This document shows, piece after piece, positions 8,880-17,755 of a DNA stretch of 64,000 nucleotides. The position numbers and the translations under genes are program-made. Every line of letters begins with the position of its first letter. Position 1 is the first letter of the stretch. The notes below the pieces were generated by a model. That model saw only the letters and a program-made list of their open reading frames with translations, made no database searches and was not told the origin of the DNA. The stretch is from Planctomycetota bacterium (lineage in GTDB: Bacteria; Planctomycetota; Phycisphaerae; Phycisphaerales; UBA1924), in assembly GCA_014584315.1 (NCBI GenBank), contig JACTNA010000016.1:19566-83565 (forward strand), in the 5' to 3' direction.

Positions 8880-10160
8880 TCAGACCGCGCCGCCCTGGAG
8901 CGACTCGATCATGGCGACGAGGGGCATGAACATGGCGACGACGATGGTGCCGACCATGACGCCCAGCACGACGACCATGAGGGGTTCGAGGAGGCTGACG
9001 AGCGAGGCGACGGCGACGTCGACCTCCTCGTCGTAGGTATCGGCGATCTTGAGGAGCATGGCGTCCATCTCGCCGGTCTCCTCGCCGACGTCGATCATGT
9101 TCACGACGATCGCGTCGCAGGTCTTGCTCTCGCGGAGCGGCCCGGCGAAACTCTCGCCCTCGCGGATCGAGTCGTGGACCTTGGCGAGCGCCTTCTCAAA
9201 GACGTAGTTGCCGGACGTCTCGCCGGTGATGGTGATGGCTTCGAGGATGGGCACGCCGGCCGAGATGAGCGTGCCCAGCGTGCGCGTGAAGCGAGCGATG
9301 ACCGTCTTGCGGATGAGTTTGCCGAGGACGGGCGTCCAGAGGAGGAGGATGTCCGTGGCGGCGCGGCCCGGGCCGGCCTTGCGGATGAGTTTCCAGAAGA
9401 TGAACGCGGCGAAGGGGAAGGCGACGATGAAGACCGCGCCGGGGACCATCTGGGTCGGGCTGGCGTTGCCGGCGACCCAGCGGCTGGTCTCGATGAGCCA
9501 GACGGTGATGCCCGGGAGTTTGACGCCGAAGTCGGTGAAGATCTCCTCGAACTTCGGGATGATGAACATCATGATGAAGGTGAGGATGATGATGGCGACG
9601 CTGACGACGACGACGGGGTAGACCATCGCGCCCTTGATGCGCCGCTTGAGTCGCTGGCTCTTCTCCATGAACTCGGCGAGGCGCTGGAGGATGACGTCGA
9701 GCACGCCGCCGATCTCGCCCGCGTTCACCATCTTGGTGTAGAGACGGTCGAAGGCGCGGGGGTGCTTGGCCATGGCCTCGCTGAGCGACGAGCCGCCCTC
9801 GACCTCCTCGCAGACGCCGAGGAGGGTGTTCTTGAGGGGGCCGGGCTTGGCCTGGGCCTCGAGGATCTGGAGCGAGCGGAGGAGGGGCAGGCCGGCGTCC
9901 TGGAGGGTGGACAACTGGCGGGTGAAGACGGTCAGTTGCTTGGCGGAGACGCGGCCGATGCCGAGGCTCTTCTTCTTCCGCTTGACGGTGGCCGCCTCGC
10001 CGGCGACGGCGGACTTGCGGACCTTCTGCTCGCGGACGGACGTGGGGAAGTACCCCTGGGCCTTGATGCGCTGGATGGCCTCGTCGCTGGTGCCGGCCTC
10101 GACGGTGCCCTTCTGCGGCTTGCCGGAGGCGTTGAGCGCTTCGTACGTGAATGTCGGCAT
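8880..10160 (-). CDS. gspF: Type II secretion / type IV pilus platform protein GspF/PilC family
   Basis: MPTFTYEALNASGKPQKGTVEAGTSDEAIQRIKAQGYFP, a typical GspF N-terminus. Two T2SSF-type repeats (TRQLSTLQDAGLPLLRSL / TRTLGTLISAGVPILEAI). Start chosen at the internal ATG 10158-10160; the listed ORF start at 10235 adds 25 Arg-rich residues. Confidence 0.9.
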   Translation of the reverse strand: MPTFTYEALNASGKPQKGTVEAGTSDEAIQRIKAQGYFPTSVREQKVRKSAVAGEAATVKRKKKSLGIGRVSAKQLTVFTRQLSTLQDAGLPLLRSLQILEAQAKPGPLKNTLLGVCEEVEGGSSLSEAMAKHPRAFDRLYTKMVNAGEIGGVLDVILQRLAEFMEKSQRLKRRIKGAMVYPVVVVSVAIIILTFIMMFIIPKFEEIFTDFGVKLPGITVWLIETSRWVAGNASPTQMVPGAVFIVAFPFAAFIFWKLIRKAGPGRAATDILLLWTPVLGKLIRKTVIARFTRTLGTLISAGVPILEAITITGETSGNYVFEKALAKVHDSIREGESFAGPLRESKTCDAIVVNMIDVGEETGEMDAMLLKIADTYDEEVDVAVASLVSLLEPLMVVVLGVMVGTIVVAMFMPLVAMIESLQGGAV

Positions 10161-10244
10161 GGGTGTCGCTCCGCTGGTCCGTCGTGTTCGTCGCCGCCGG
10201 GGACCGGCGGCGCGTGCGCGCTCCTCCGCGCGCACGCGGCCGCG

Positions 10245-11981
10245 TCAGTCCTCTTCGGCGATGGTCTCCCGCACCACCTCGTCGATCGTCGTCTGGCCCT
10301 CGTAAATAGCCAGGAGTCCCGCGTCGCGGAGCGAGCGCATCCCGCGTCGCTTCGCGTGGTCTCGCAGCACGCCGGTGCTCGCTTCCTGCATCACCAGTTC
10401 GCGCATCGCGTCGTCGATTTCCATGATTTCGAAGAGCGCCATCCGGCCCCGGTAGCCGGACTTGTGGCAGTTGTCGCACCCGCGCCCGCGGAAGAAGCGG
10501 CGGCCGCGGACGGTCTCCGGGGTCAGCGCGAGTTCCATCAGCTCCTCTTCCGCGGGGGTGTACTCCTCGCGGCACTTCGGGCAGATGGTCCGCACCAGCC
10601 GCTGCGCGACGATGCCTTCGAGGGTGGCCGTCAGGAGGAACGCCTCCAGCCCGAGGTCCACGAGACGGATGATCGAACTCGGGGCGTCGTTGGTGTGCAG
10701 GGTGGTCAGCACGAGGTGGCCCGTGAGCGACGCCTGCACGGCGATCTGGGCGGTCTCGAGGTCGCGGATCTCGCCGACGAGGATGATGTCCGGGTCCTGG
10801 CGGAGGAAACTGCGCAGGGCGCGGGCGAAGGTCAGCCCCACTTCCTCGTTCATCTGGCACTGGCACAGGCCGTCGATGTCGTACTCGACGGGGTCCTCGG
10901 CGGTCAGGATCTTGGTCTCGACGTCGTTGAGTTCGGCGAGCGCGGCGTAGAGGGTGGTGGTCTTGCCGGAGCCTGTGGGGCCGGTGACGATGACGATGCC
11001 GTTGGGCTTCTGGATGAGTTTGCGGAATCGGGCGAGGTCGTCCTCGCGGAAGCCGATGCGCTCGAGGCTGAGTTCGATGTTCGAGCGGTCGAGGACGCGC
11101 ATCACGACGCTCTCGCCCCACATCGTGGGGAGGACCGCGACGCGGAGGTCCACGGGGCTGCCGCCGACCATCAGTTCGATGCGCCCGTCCTGCGGGAGCC
11201 GGCGCTCGGCGATGTCCAAGTGCGACATGACCTTGATGCGGCTGGTGATCGCGGGGCCGAGGTGCTTGGGCGGCGGGACCATCTCGTACAAGACGCCGTC
11301 GATGCGGTAGCGCATCTTGAACTCGTTCTCGAACGGCTCGAAATGGATGTCCGAGGCACGGTCCTTGATGGCTTGCAGGAGCACGAGGTTGAGGAGTTTG
11401 ATGACCTGATTGTCCTCCGCCGCTTCGAGCACGGCGTCGAGGTCGATGGACGCCCCGCCCTTGTCGAGCGCCTTGAAGCGGTCGTCCGCGGCGAGGCCCG
11501 AGACCACGTCCATGACGGACTCGGTCTTGGAGTAGTGCTTCTGGATCAGGCTGTCGATGGCGGCCGAATCGGCGACCACCGCCTCGACGTTGAATCCCAT
11601 CAGGAGCCGGAGGTCGTCCACCGCCCGGAAGTTGTCCGGGCTTTTGAGGGCGATCTTCAGTCGCTTGCTCTTGGGGTTGAACTCGATGGGAACGACCTGG
11701 TAGGTCTGGGCGTTCTCCGAGGGGATTGCCGCGAGGGCTTCCTCGGGGATCTCGACCGAGGAGAGATCGACGTACGCCATGCCAGCCTGGCCGGCGAGGC
11801 CTTCCGCAACGTCCCGCTCGGAGCAGTAGCCGAGTTCGATCAGGAGTTGGCCGATTGGAACCCGGCGGGTCTTCTGGATGGCGAGGGCTTCGTGGACCTG
11901 CTCGCGTGTGACATGCCCGAGCTTGGTCAGGACTCGGCCGAGTTTGCGGCCCTTCAGTTCTGCCGGATCAATCACCGTCAC
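10245..11981 (-). CDS. gspE: GspE/PilB-family secretion ATPase with MshEN-type N-terminal domain
   Basis: GTG start with AGGAG 7-8 nt upstream. Walker A VTGPTGSGKTTTL. Tetra-Cys CPKC...CDNC. N-terminal KLGRVLTKLGHVTREQVHEALAIQ-KTRRV-PIGQLLIELGYCSERDVAEGLAGQ. Confidence 0.92.
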   Translation of the reverse strand: MTVIDPAELKGRKLGRVLTKLGHVTREQVHEALAIQKTRRVPIGQLLIELGYCSERDVAEGLAGQAGMAYVDLSSVEIPEEALAAIPSENAQTYQVVPIEFNPKSKRLKIALKSPDNFRAVDDLRLLMGFNVEAVVADSAAIDSLIQKHYSKTESVMDVVSGLAADDRFKALDKGGASIDLDAVLEAAEDNQVIKLLNLVLLQAIKDRASDIHFEPFENEFKMRYRIDGVLYEMVPPPKHLGPAITSRIKVMSHLDIAERRLPQDGRIELMVGGSPVDLRVAVLPTMWGESVVMRVLDRSNIELSLERIGFREDDLARFRKLIQKPNGIVIVTGPTGSGKTTTLYAALAELNDVETKILTAEDPVEYDIDGLCQCQMNEEVGLTFARALRSFLRQDPDIILVGEIRDLETAQIAVQASLTGHLVLTTLHTNDAPSSIIRLVDLGLEAFLLTATLEGIVAQRLVRTICPKCREEYTPAEEELMELALTPETVRGRRFFRGRGCDNCHKSGYRGRMALFEIMEIDDAMRELVMQEASTGVLRDHAKRRGMRSLRDAGLLAIYEGQTTIDEVVRETIAEED

Positions 11982-12177
11982 AGCACGGCTCCTGCGGATC
12001 GGAACGCCCCTGCGGGGTCATTCCCGATCGAATCCCTATTCGACACAATAACGGACCTGGATGCGACAGAACAAGCGAGATTGGCCCGCCTGTTCATTGC
12101 GACTCGTTGGTTTCTGAACACAGTGTTCGGCGACAGACCGAGTGAAGACTCCTAACACATTGCTATCGAACGTTGGT

Positions 12178-13296
12178 TCACTCGTTGCCGTCGTACTCAG
12201 TGTCCCACTCGGTGCGGCCGACGGTGCGGCCGAGGCGGTGGACCTTGTCGCGGAGATCCCCGGGGTTCTTGGACTTGTCGATCATCTCCTCGGCGGAGAT
12301 GATGCCCTTGGAATAGAGCGACCAGAGGTGGTCGTCGAGGAGTTGCATGCCGAACTTCTTGCCGGTCTGGATCATGGAGTCGATGCGGAAGGTCTTGGCG
12401 TCGCGGATGAGGTTCGAGATGGCCGGTGTAACCACCAGGAACTCGTAAGCGGCGACGCGGCCCGGGGTGTCGATACGGGCGAGGAGTTGCTGGCTCAGGA
12501 TCGCGATCATGGCGGTCGAGAGCTGGACACGGACCTGGTTCTGCTGGGAGACGGGGAAGGCGTCGACGACGCGGTCGATGGTCTTGGCCGCCCCGTTGGT
12601 GTGGAGGGTGGCGAAGACCAGGTGGCCGGTCTCGGCGGCGCGGATGGCGGCCTCGATGGTCTCGAGGTCGCGCATCTCGCCGACGAGGATGACGTCGGGG
12701 TCGGACCGGAGGACGCGGCGGAGGGCCTCGGCGAAACTGGGGACGTCATTGCCGACTTCGCGCTGGTTGACGATGGAGGTCTTGTGGCCGTGGTAGTACT
12801 CGATGGGGTCTTCCATCGTGACGATGTGGCGGTCGAGGTTGGTGTTGACGTAGTCGATCATCGTGGCGAGCGAGGTGGTCTTGCCTGAGCCGGTCGGGCC
12901 GGTCACGAGGAAGAGGCCCTGCGGGCGTCGGATGAGTTCCATGACGATGGGGGGCAGGCCGATCTGCTCGAAACTGAGGAGTCTGTTGGGGATCTGGCGG
13001 AGGACGATGGCGATGTCGCCCTTCTGGCGGAAGACGGAGACGCGGAATCGAGCCGCGTCGCCGTAGGCGAAGCCGAAGTCCGTTCCGCCGACTTCCTGGA
13101 GTTCCTGCTGGTTGCGCTCGGGGGTGATGGACTTCATCAGTCCGACCATGTCGTCGGAGTCGAGGACCTTGGTCTGGAGGTTGCGCAGGTGGCCGTGGAG
13201 ACGGATGGTGGGCGTTCGGTTGACGGTGAGGTGAAGGTCGCTTGCGCCGGTGCGGACGACGGTGTCGAGCAGCCGGTCGATCTGCATGGTGGACAT
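12178..13296 (-). CDS. pilT: Twitching-motility retraction ATPase PilT family
   Basis: MSTMQIDRLLDTVVRTGASDLHLTVNRTPTIRLHG..., Walker A GPTGSGKTTSL, AIRAAETGHLVFATLHTN. Start at ATG 13294-13296; the listed start at 13356 would overlap the upstream gene. Confidence 0.9.
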   Translation of the reverse strand: MSTMQIDRLLDTVVRTGASDLHLTVNRTPTIRLHGHLRNLQTKVLDSDDMVGLMKSITPERNQQELQEVGGTDFGFAYGDAARFRVSVFRQKGDIAIVLRQIPNRLLSFEQIGLPPIVMELIRRPQGLFLVTGPTGSGKTTSLATMIDYVNTNLDRHIVTMEDPIEYYHGHKTSIVNQREVGNDVPSFAEALRRVLRSDPDVILVGEMRDLETIEAAIRAAETGHLVFATLHTNGAAKTIDRVVDAFPVSQQNQVRVQLSTAMIAILSQQLLARIDTPGRVAAYEFLVVTPAISNLIRDAKTFRIDSMIQTGKKFGMQLLDDHLWSLYSKGIISAEEMIDKSKNPGDLRDKVHRLGRTVGRTEWDTEYDGNE

Positions 13297-13339
13297 CGGA
13301 ACGCTCCATCCGGCCGCCTCGTGCGGAGACGGCGGGTGA

Positions 13340-15082
13340 TCATGCCTGTTCGTCAACGACCTGTGCGACGCGGGCGATTTCGTCCATCGTCGTCACGCCG
13401 GCGAGGATTTTGAGGCGCCCGTCGCCGACGAGCGGGCGCATCCCGGCGGCGAGCGCCGCGCGGCGGAGGTCCGCGAGGGACGCGCCCTTGAACGCCATGT
13501 CGCGGATCTGCGAGTTCATGGACATCATCTCGAAGATGGCCTTTCGCCCTCGGAATCCCGTGTTGACGCAGTGCTCGCAGCCGACGGCCTTGTAGGCCTT
13601 GCCGAGCGCTTCCTCGGCCTTGAGGCCGACGAGACGGAGGAACTTGGGGTCGAGATCCTCCGGCTCTGCGAGTTTCTTGCACTTGGAGCAGAGGATACGG
13701 ATGAGGCGCTGGGCCATGATGGCCTGGATCGACGACGCCACAAGGAACGGCTTGATGCCCATGTCGACGAGGCGGGTGATGGCGGAGGGCGCGTCGTTGG
13801 TGTGCAGCGTGGAGAAGACGAGGTGTCCGGTGAGGGCGGCCTGGATGGCGATCTCGCCGACTTCGCGGTCTCGGATCTCGCCGACGAGGATGACGTTCGG
13901 CGCCTGGCGGAGCATGGAGCGGAGGATCGCCGAGAACGTCAGGCCGATGCCCTCGCGGACCTGGCATTGGTTGATGCCGTCGAAGTTGTACTCGACGGGG
14001 TCCTCGGCGGTGATGATCTTCTTGTCGGGCCGGTTGAGGACGTCGAGGGCCGAGTAGAGGGTGGTGGTCTTGCCGGAGCCGGTCGGCCCGGTGACGAGGA
14101 AGATGCCGTTGGGTCGCCGGATGATGCGGTTGAAGACGGCGAGGTTGTCGGCCTCGAAGCCGAGGTTTTCGAGTCCGATGCGGACCGAGTCGGGGCGGAG
14201 AATACGGAGGACGACGGACTCGCCGTGGTAGGCCGGACACGCGGAGACGCGGAAGTCGATCATGTGCTCATCGACGGGGAGTTTGATGCGGCCGTCCTGG
14301 GGGACTCGGCGTTCGGCGATGTTCATGCCGGCCATGAGTTTGGTGCGGCTGAGCAGGGCGTTCTGCATGCGCTTGGGCAGGTTGTCGCGTTCGATGCAGA
14401 CGCCGTCGATGCGGTAGCGCAGGCGGACGCGGTCGGCCATCGGCTCGATGTGGACGTCCGAGGCCCGCATCTTGACGGCCTCGGTGAGCATGCGGTTGCA
14501 GAGTTTGACGATCGGGGCATCGTCGGCGGCGACGTCGATGGACTTGTCGACGGAGCGGTCCACCGATCGGTCGATGGTGCGGTCGATGGAGTCGGTGACG
14601 AGGGACTCGCCGGGCTTCGGCTCTGCGGTGAGCGAGGCGGACGGGATGCCTCCGCCCGCGCCCTCGATGAACCGCCGGATCTGCGAGCGCGACGCGAGCC
14701 TGGGCTCGACCTCGACGTTGAGTCGGAAGCGGAGCATGTCGAGGAGTTCGAGGTCCATCGGGTCATGGATGACGAGTTGGAGGCGCCCGTTGGACTTGCC
14801 GATCGGCAGGATGAGGTGCTTGCGGACGAGGTCGTCGGGCACGAGTTTCAGGTCGACCTTGTCTCCGACGCCGTTGGCGGAGAGATCGACGAACTCCATG
14901 CCGAACTGGTTGGCGAGGGCCTTGGCGACCTGCTCTTCCTTGGCGAATCCGAGTTCGACGAGGGTCTCGCCGAGGCGTTTTCCGGCGCCGCGCGCCACCC
15001 CCACCGCCTGCTCGACATGTTCGGGGGAGGTCACGCCCCAGCCGACCAAGATCTCACCGAGTTTCTTCCGCGATCGTGCCAT
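13340..15082 (-). CDS. Second GspE/PilB-family assembly ATPase with MshEN-type N-terminal domain
   Basis: MARSRKKLGEILVGWGVTSPEHVEQAVGVA-RGAGK-RLGETLVELGFAKEEQVAKALANQ. Walker A VTGPTGSGKTTTL. CSKC...CEHC tetra-Cys motif. Confidence 0.9.
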   Translation of the reverse strand: MARSRKKLGEILVGWGVTSPEHVEQAVGVARGAGKRLGETLVELGFAKEEQVAKALANQFGMEFVDLSANGVGDKVDLKLVPDDLVRKHLILPIGKSNGRLQLVIHDPMDLELLDMLRFRLNVEVEPRLASRSQIRRFIEGAGGGIPSASLTAEPKPGESLVTDSIDRTIDRSVDRSVDKSIDVAADDAPIVKLCNRMLTEAVKMRASDVHIEPMADRVRLRYRIDGVCIERDNLPKRMQNALLSRTKLMAGMNIAERRVPQDGRIKLPVDEHMIDFRVSACPAYHGESVVLRILRPDSVRIGLENLGFEADNLAVFNRIIRRPNGIFLVTGPTGSGKTTTLYSALDVLNRPDKKIITAEDPVEYNFDGINQCQVREGIGLTFSAILRSMLRQAPNVILVGEIRDREVGEIAIQAALTGHLVFSTLHTNDAPSAITRLVDMGIKPFLVASSIQAIMAQRLIRILCSKCKKLAEPEDLDPKFLRLVGLKAEEALGKAYKAVGCEHCVNTGFRGRKAIFEMMSMNSQIRDMAFKGASLADLRRAALAAGMRPLVGDGRLKILAGVTTMDEIARVAQVVDEQA

Positions 15083-15340
15083 GACCCGAACGTTTCCCTT
15101 CGGCCGCGCCGCCTGGTGGAGCGGTCACCGGATCGTAGCGTGCGGCCGGGGCGTCGTGGCGGACGCTCCCCGGACACAGCCCCTTTCCTGAGGATCGCGC
15201 ACTCGGCGTTCGGTCCTGAACCGGCCGATGCCAGCGCACGAGCGCGGCGATCGCCCCGCCTATGCTGGCACGTCGGCGTGATCCATACGCTCGGCGAGGC
15301 CGGGTGTTCCGCCGACGACCCGCCCCGCAGGACGCGAACC

Positions 15341-16027
15341 GTGCCCCAGTCCGAGGCCAACCCCGCCGCCGGGCGGCATCTGCTGATCACCGCCGGCCCG
15401 ACCCACGAGCCGATCGACGCGGTCCGGTTCATCGGCAACCGCTCGTCGGGTCGTCTCGGGATCGCGCTGGCGGATGAGGCGGCGGGACGGGGGTGGCGCG
15501 TGACGCTGCTGCTCGGTCCGACGCACCTGGCTCCGAGCGAGGCCGGCGTACGCACGCTGCGCTACCGCACGACGGCGGACCTGGCGGGGCTGCTCGAGCG
15601 GGAGCAGCCCGGGTGCGACGTGCTGGTGATGGCCGCGGCGGTGGCGGACTATCGGCCCCTGACGACGCGGGACATGCTCGCGGGGAAACTGCGGCGTGAG
15701 AACCGGGCGATGGTCATCGAACTTGAACCAACGCCGGACCTGCTCGCCGCGTGCTCAACGCGTCGCCGGGCGGGGCAGGTTTTGATCGGGTTTGCGTTGG
15801 AGCCTGAGGCGGAGTTGCTGGATTCGGCGCGTCGGAAACTTGAGCGCAAGGGTGTGGACGCGATCGTTGCGAATCCGCTCGAAACCATGGAATCACCGGA
15901 AATCCGGGCGATCGTCGTGCTGCGCGGCGGGGTCGAGCGGGATGCCGGTTCGGCGATGGCGAAGGCGAAGTTTGCGGGGTGGCTGATGGACCTTGTCGAG
16001 GAGTTGGCCGATGCCGCAGCGTCGTGA
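15341..16027 (+). CDS. coaB: Phosphopantothenate-cysteine ligase (stand-alone CoaB domain)
   Basis: The C-terminal part of listed ORF 13571..16027 reads HLLITAGPTHEPIDAVRFIGNRSSGRLGIALADEA...VLVMAAAVADYRP, the CoaB signature. In-frame GTG at 15341 chosen as start; GTG at 15278 is also possible. The rest of the 818-aa ORF is antisense shadow of the ATPase gene. Confidence 0.75.
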   Translation: MPQSEANPAAGRHLLITAGPTHEPIDAVRFIGNRSSGRLGIALADEAAGRGWRVTLLLGPTHLAPSEAGVRTLRYRTTADLAGLLEREQPGCDVLVMAAAVADYRPLTTRDMLAGKLRRENRAMVIELEPTPDLLAACSTRRRAGQVLIGFALEPEAELLDSARRKLERKGVDAIVANPLETMESPEIRAIVVLRGGVERDAGSAMAKAKFAGWLMDLVEELADAAAS

Positions 16028-17732
16028 GCCGACGGATCGACGCCCGGCGTTTCGCGGCCCGGCGCCTGGGGGTCGGGCGCAGCGCGGGGCGCGGCCGGAC
16101 CGGGCGGGTCCGGAGCGGGGTCGGCCGATGCGCCCCGTGGGTCGGCCCACGGTGATCCACGAAGACGAGCACCTGATCGTGGTGAGCAAGCCGTCCGGGA
16201 TGGCGCCGCTGCCAAGCCGATCGGGAACGCCGGGTCCGCCAGCGGGTGCGACGCTGATCGGGTGGCTCCGGCGGTCGATCTCGGGGAGCGAGGCTCGGGG
16301 ACTCAGGCTCGTGTACTCGCCGGAGAACGAGGCGTCCGGGCTGGCGGTCTTTGCGAGATCGGAGCAGATCGCCGAATCGGTGAAGGCTGAGTTCACCAGT
16401 CGCAAGGCGGACCGGCTTGCGTACGCGCTGGTGCTCGGTGAAATGAAGGCGGGCGAGGGGGCCGGGGGCGGCACGATCCAGACGCAGTTGCGGCGCGATC
16501 GCGACGGGCTGTGGCACAGCATCCGGACGGACGAGTTTTCGGGGCCGCGGGCCGCGCCGGGGCCGCGGCGTGGCCCGCCGCGAGCGGCGGCCTCGGCGCG
16601 GACGCACTACCGGCTGGTGCGGGCGGCGAACGGGCTGAGCCTGGTGCGGTTGCGCCTGGAGACGGACAGGCCGCACCAGGCGCGGGTCCATCTCGCGGAA
16701 CTGGGCCACCCGATCGTGGGCGACCGGCTGTACGGCCGTCCCGAGCCTGGCGGTCGGCGGACGATCGATCGTCTCGGCCTGCACATCGCGGAGTTGTCGT
16801 TCACGCACCCAAGAACGAAGCAGTCGGTTCGCTACAGCAGCCCGCTCCCGCCCGAGTTCCGGCGGGCGGTCGGCGATGAGAGCGCGGGCGAGCAGGGGCG
16901 TGGCGTCCTCGACTCCGCGGCGGGCTGGGAGGACGTGGCGGAGTGGTACGACGAGTTGATCGCCGAGCGCGGGAGCGATCACTACGAGCGCGTGATCCTG
17001 CCCGGCTCCCTCGGGCTGCTCGGGTGTGAGACCGGGTGGCGGGTGCTGGACGTGGCGTGCGGGCAAGGCGTGCTGTCGAGGCTGCTGAACGAGCGCGGAG
17101 TGCGCACGGTCGGGGTCGATGCTTCGCAAAGGTTGATCGAGGCGGCGACGGCCCGGTCGGGACCATTGGGTGAGTTCCTGGTTGGCGATGCCAGGGAACT
17201 GCCGGGGATGATCGAGGCTCTGGGCGGACCGGCGTCGTTCGATGCGGCGGCGTGCGTCATGGCCCTGATGAACATCGACCCGGTGGAGCCGGTGTTGCGA
17301 GGGTGCGCGAGGTTGTTGAAGCCGGGGGCGCCGCTGGTCGTCGTGGTGCTGCATCCGGCGTTTCGAGCGCCGGGGCGGACGTCGTGGGGTTGGGAGCGGG
17401 GGCCGGACGGAACCGACAGGCAGTTTCGCCGGGTCGACGCCTACCTGTCGCTGGAACGGCGCGACATCGTGATGAACCCGGGGGGTCGGGCCGCGGGTGC
17501 GAATGCGGTTACGACGGCGACGTATCTGCGGCCGTTGGGGTGGTATGTGGCGCGTCTTGCCGACGCGGGGTTCGCGATCGACGCGGTCGAGGAGTGGGTG
17601 AGCCGGCGCGTGAGCCAACCGGGGCCGCGGGCGGGGGAAGAGAACCGGGCGAGGGGCGAGATCCCGTTGTTTCTTGCGGTGAGGGCGCGTGCTCGCGGCG
17701 ACGCGGGAGCGCATGAGACGACGGGCGGCTGA
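15993..17732 (+). CDS. RluA-family pseudouridine-synthase-like domain fused to class I SAM-dependent methyltransferase
   Basis: N-terminal half has VIHEDEHLIVVSKPSGM and TDRPHQARVHLAELGHPIVGDRLYG (RluA motifs). C-terminal half has RVLDVACGQGVLSRLL...GVDAS (SAM motif I). Alternative starts at 16011 and 16128 (ATG). Confidence 0.8.
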   Translation: MSRSWPMPQRREPTDRRPAFRGPAPGGRAQRGARPDRAGPERGRPMRPVGRPTVIHEDEHLIVVSKPSGMAPLPSRSGTPGPPAGATLIGWLRRSISGSEARGLRLVYSPENEASGLAVFARSEQIAESVKAEFTSRKADRLAYALVLGEMKAGEGAGGGTIQTQLRRDRDGLWHSIRTDEFSGPRAAPGPRRGPPRAAASARTHYRLVRAANGLSLVRLRLETDRPHQARVHLAELGHPIVGDRLYGRPEPGGRRTIDRLGLHIAELSFTHPRTKQSVRYSSPLPPEFRRAVGDESAGEQGRGVLDSAAGWEDVAEWYDELIAERGSDHYERVILPGSLGLLGCETGWRVLDVACGQGVLSRLLNERGVRTVGVDASQRLIEAATARSGPLGEFLVGDARELPGMIEALGGPASFDAAACVMALMNIDPVEPVLRGCARLLKPGAPLVVVVLHPAFRAPGRTSWGWERGPDGTDRQFRRVDAYLSLERRDIVMNPGGRAAGANAVTTATYLRPLGWYVARLADAGFAIDAVEEWVSRRVSQPGPRAGEENRARGEIPLFLAVRARARGDAGAHETTGG

Positions 17733-17755
17733 ATCGGCCGAGCTAGGATTGAGCG

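Noticed and set aside
12115-12127. Cheo-box (Gram-positive LexA, GAAC-N4-GTTC) interpretation of GAACACAGTGTTC
   Set aside because: The spacing is N5, not N4. It is retained only as a generic palindromic operator candidate.
8805-12155. 1116-aa + strand ORF across the gspF/gspE region
   Set aside because: It is the antisense shadow of two well-supported minus-strand genes (Walker A, GspF repeats). Its composition is a DGE/R/H-rich repeat.
13571-15340. N-terminal about 590 aa of the 818-aa + ORF 13571..16027
   Set aside because: It is antisense to the PilB-like ATPase. Only the last about 228 codons (CoaB) look like a real protein.
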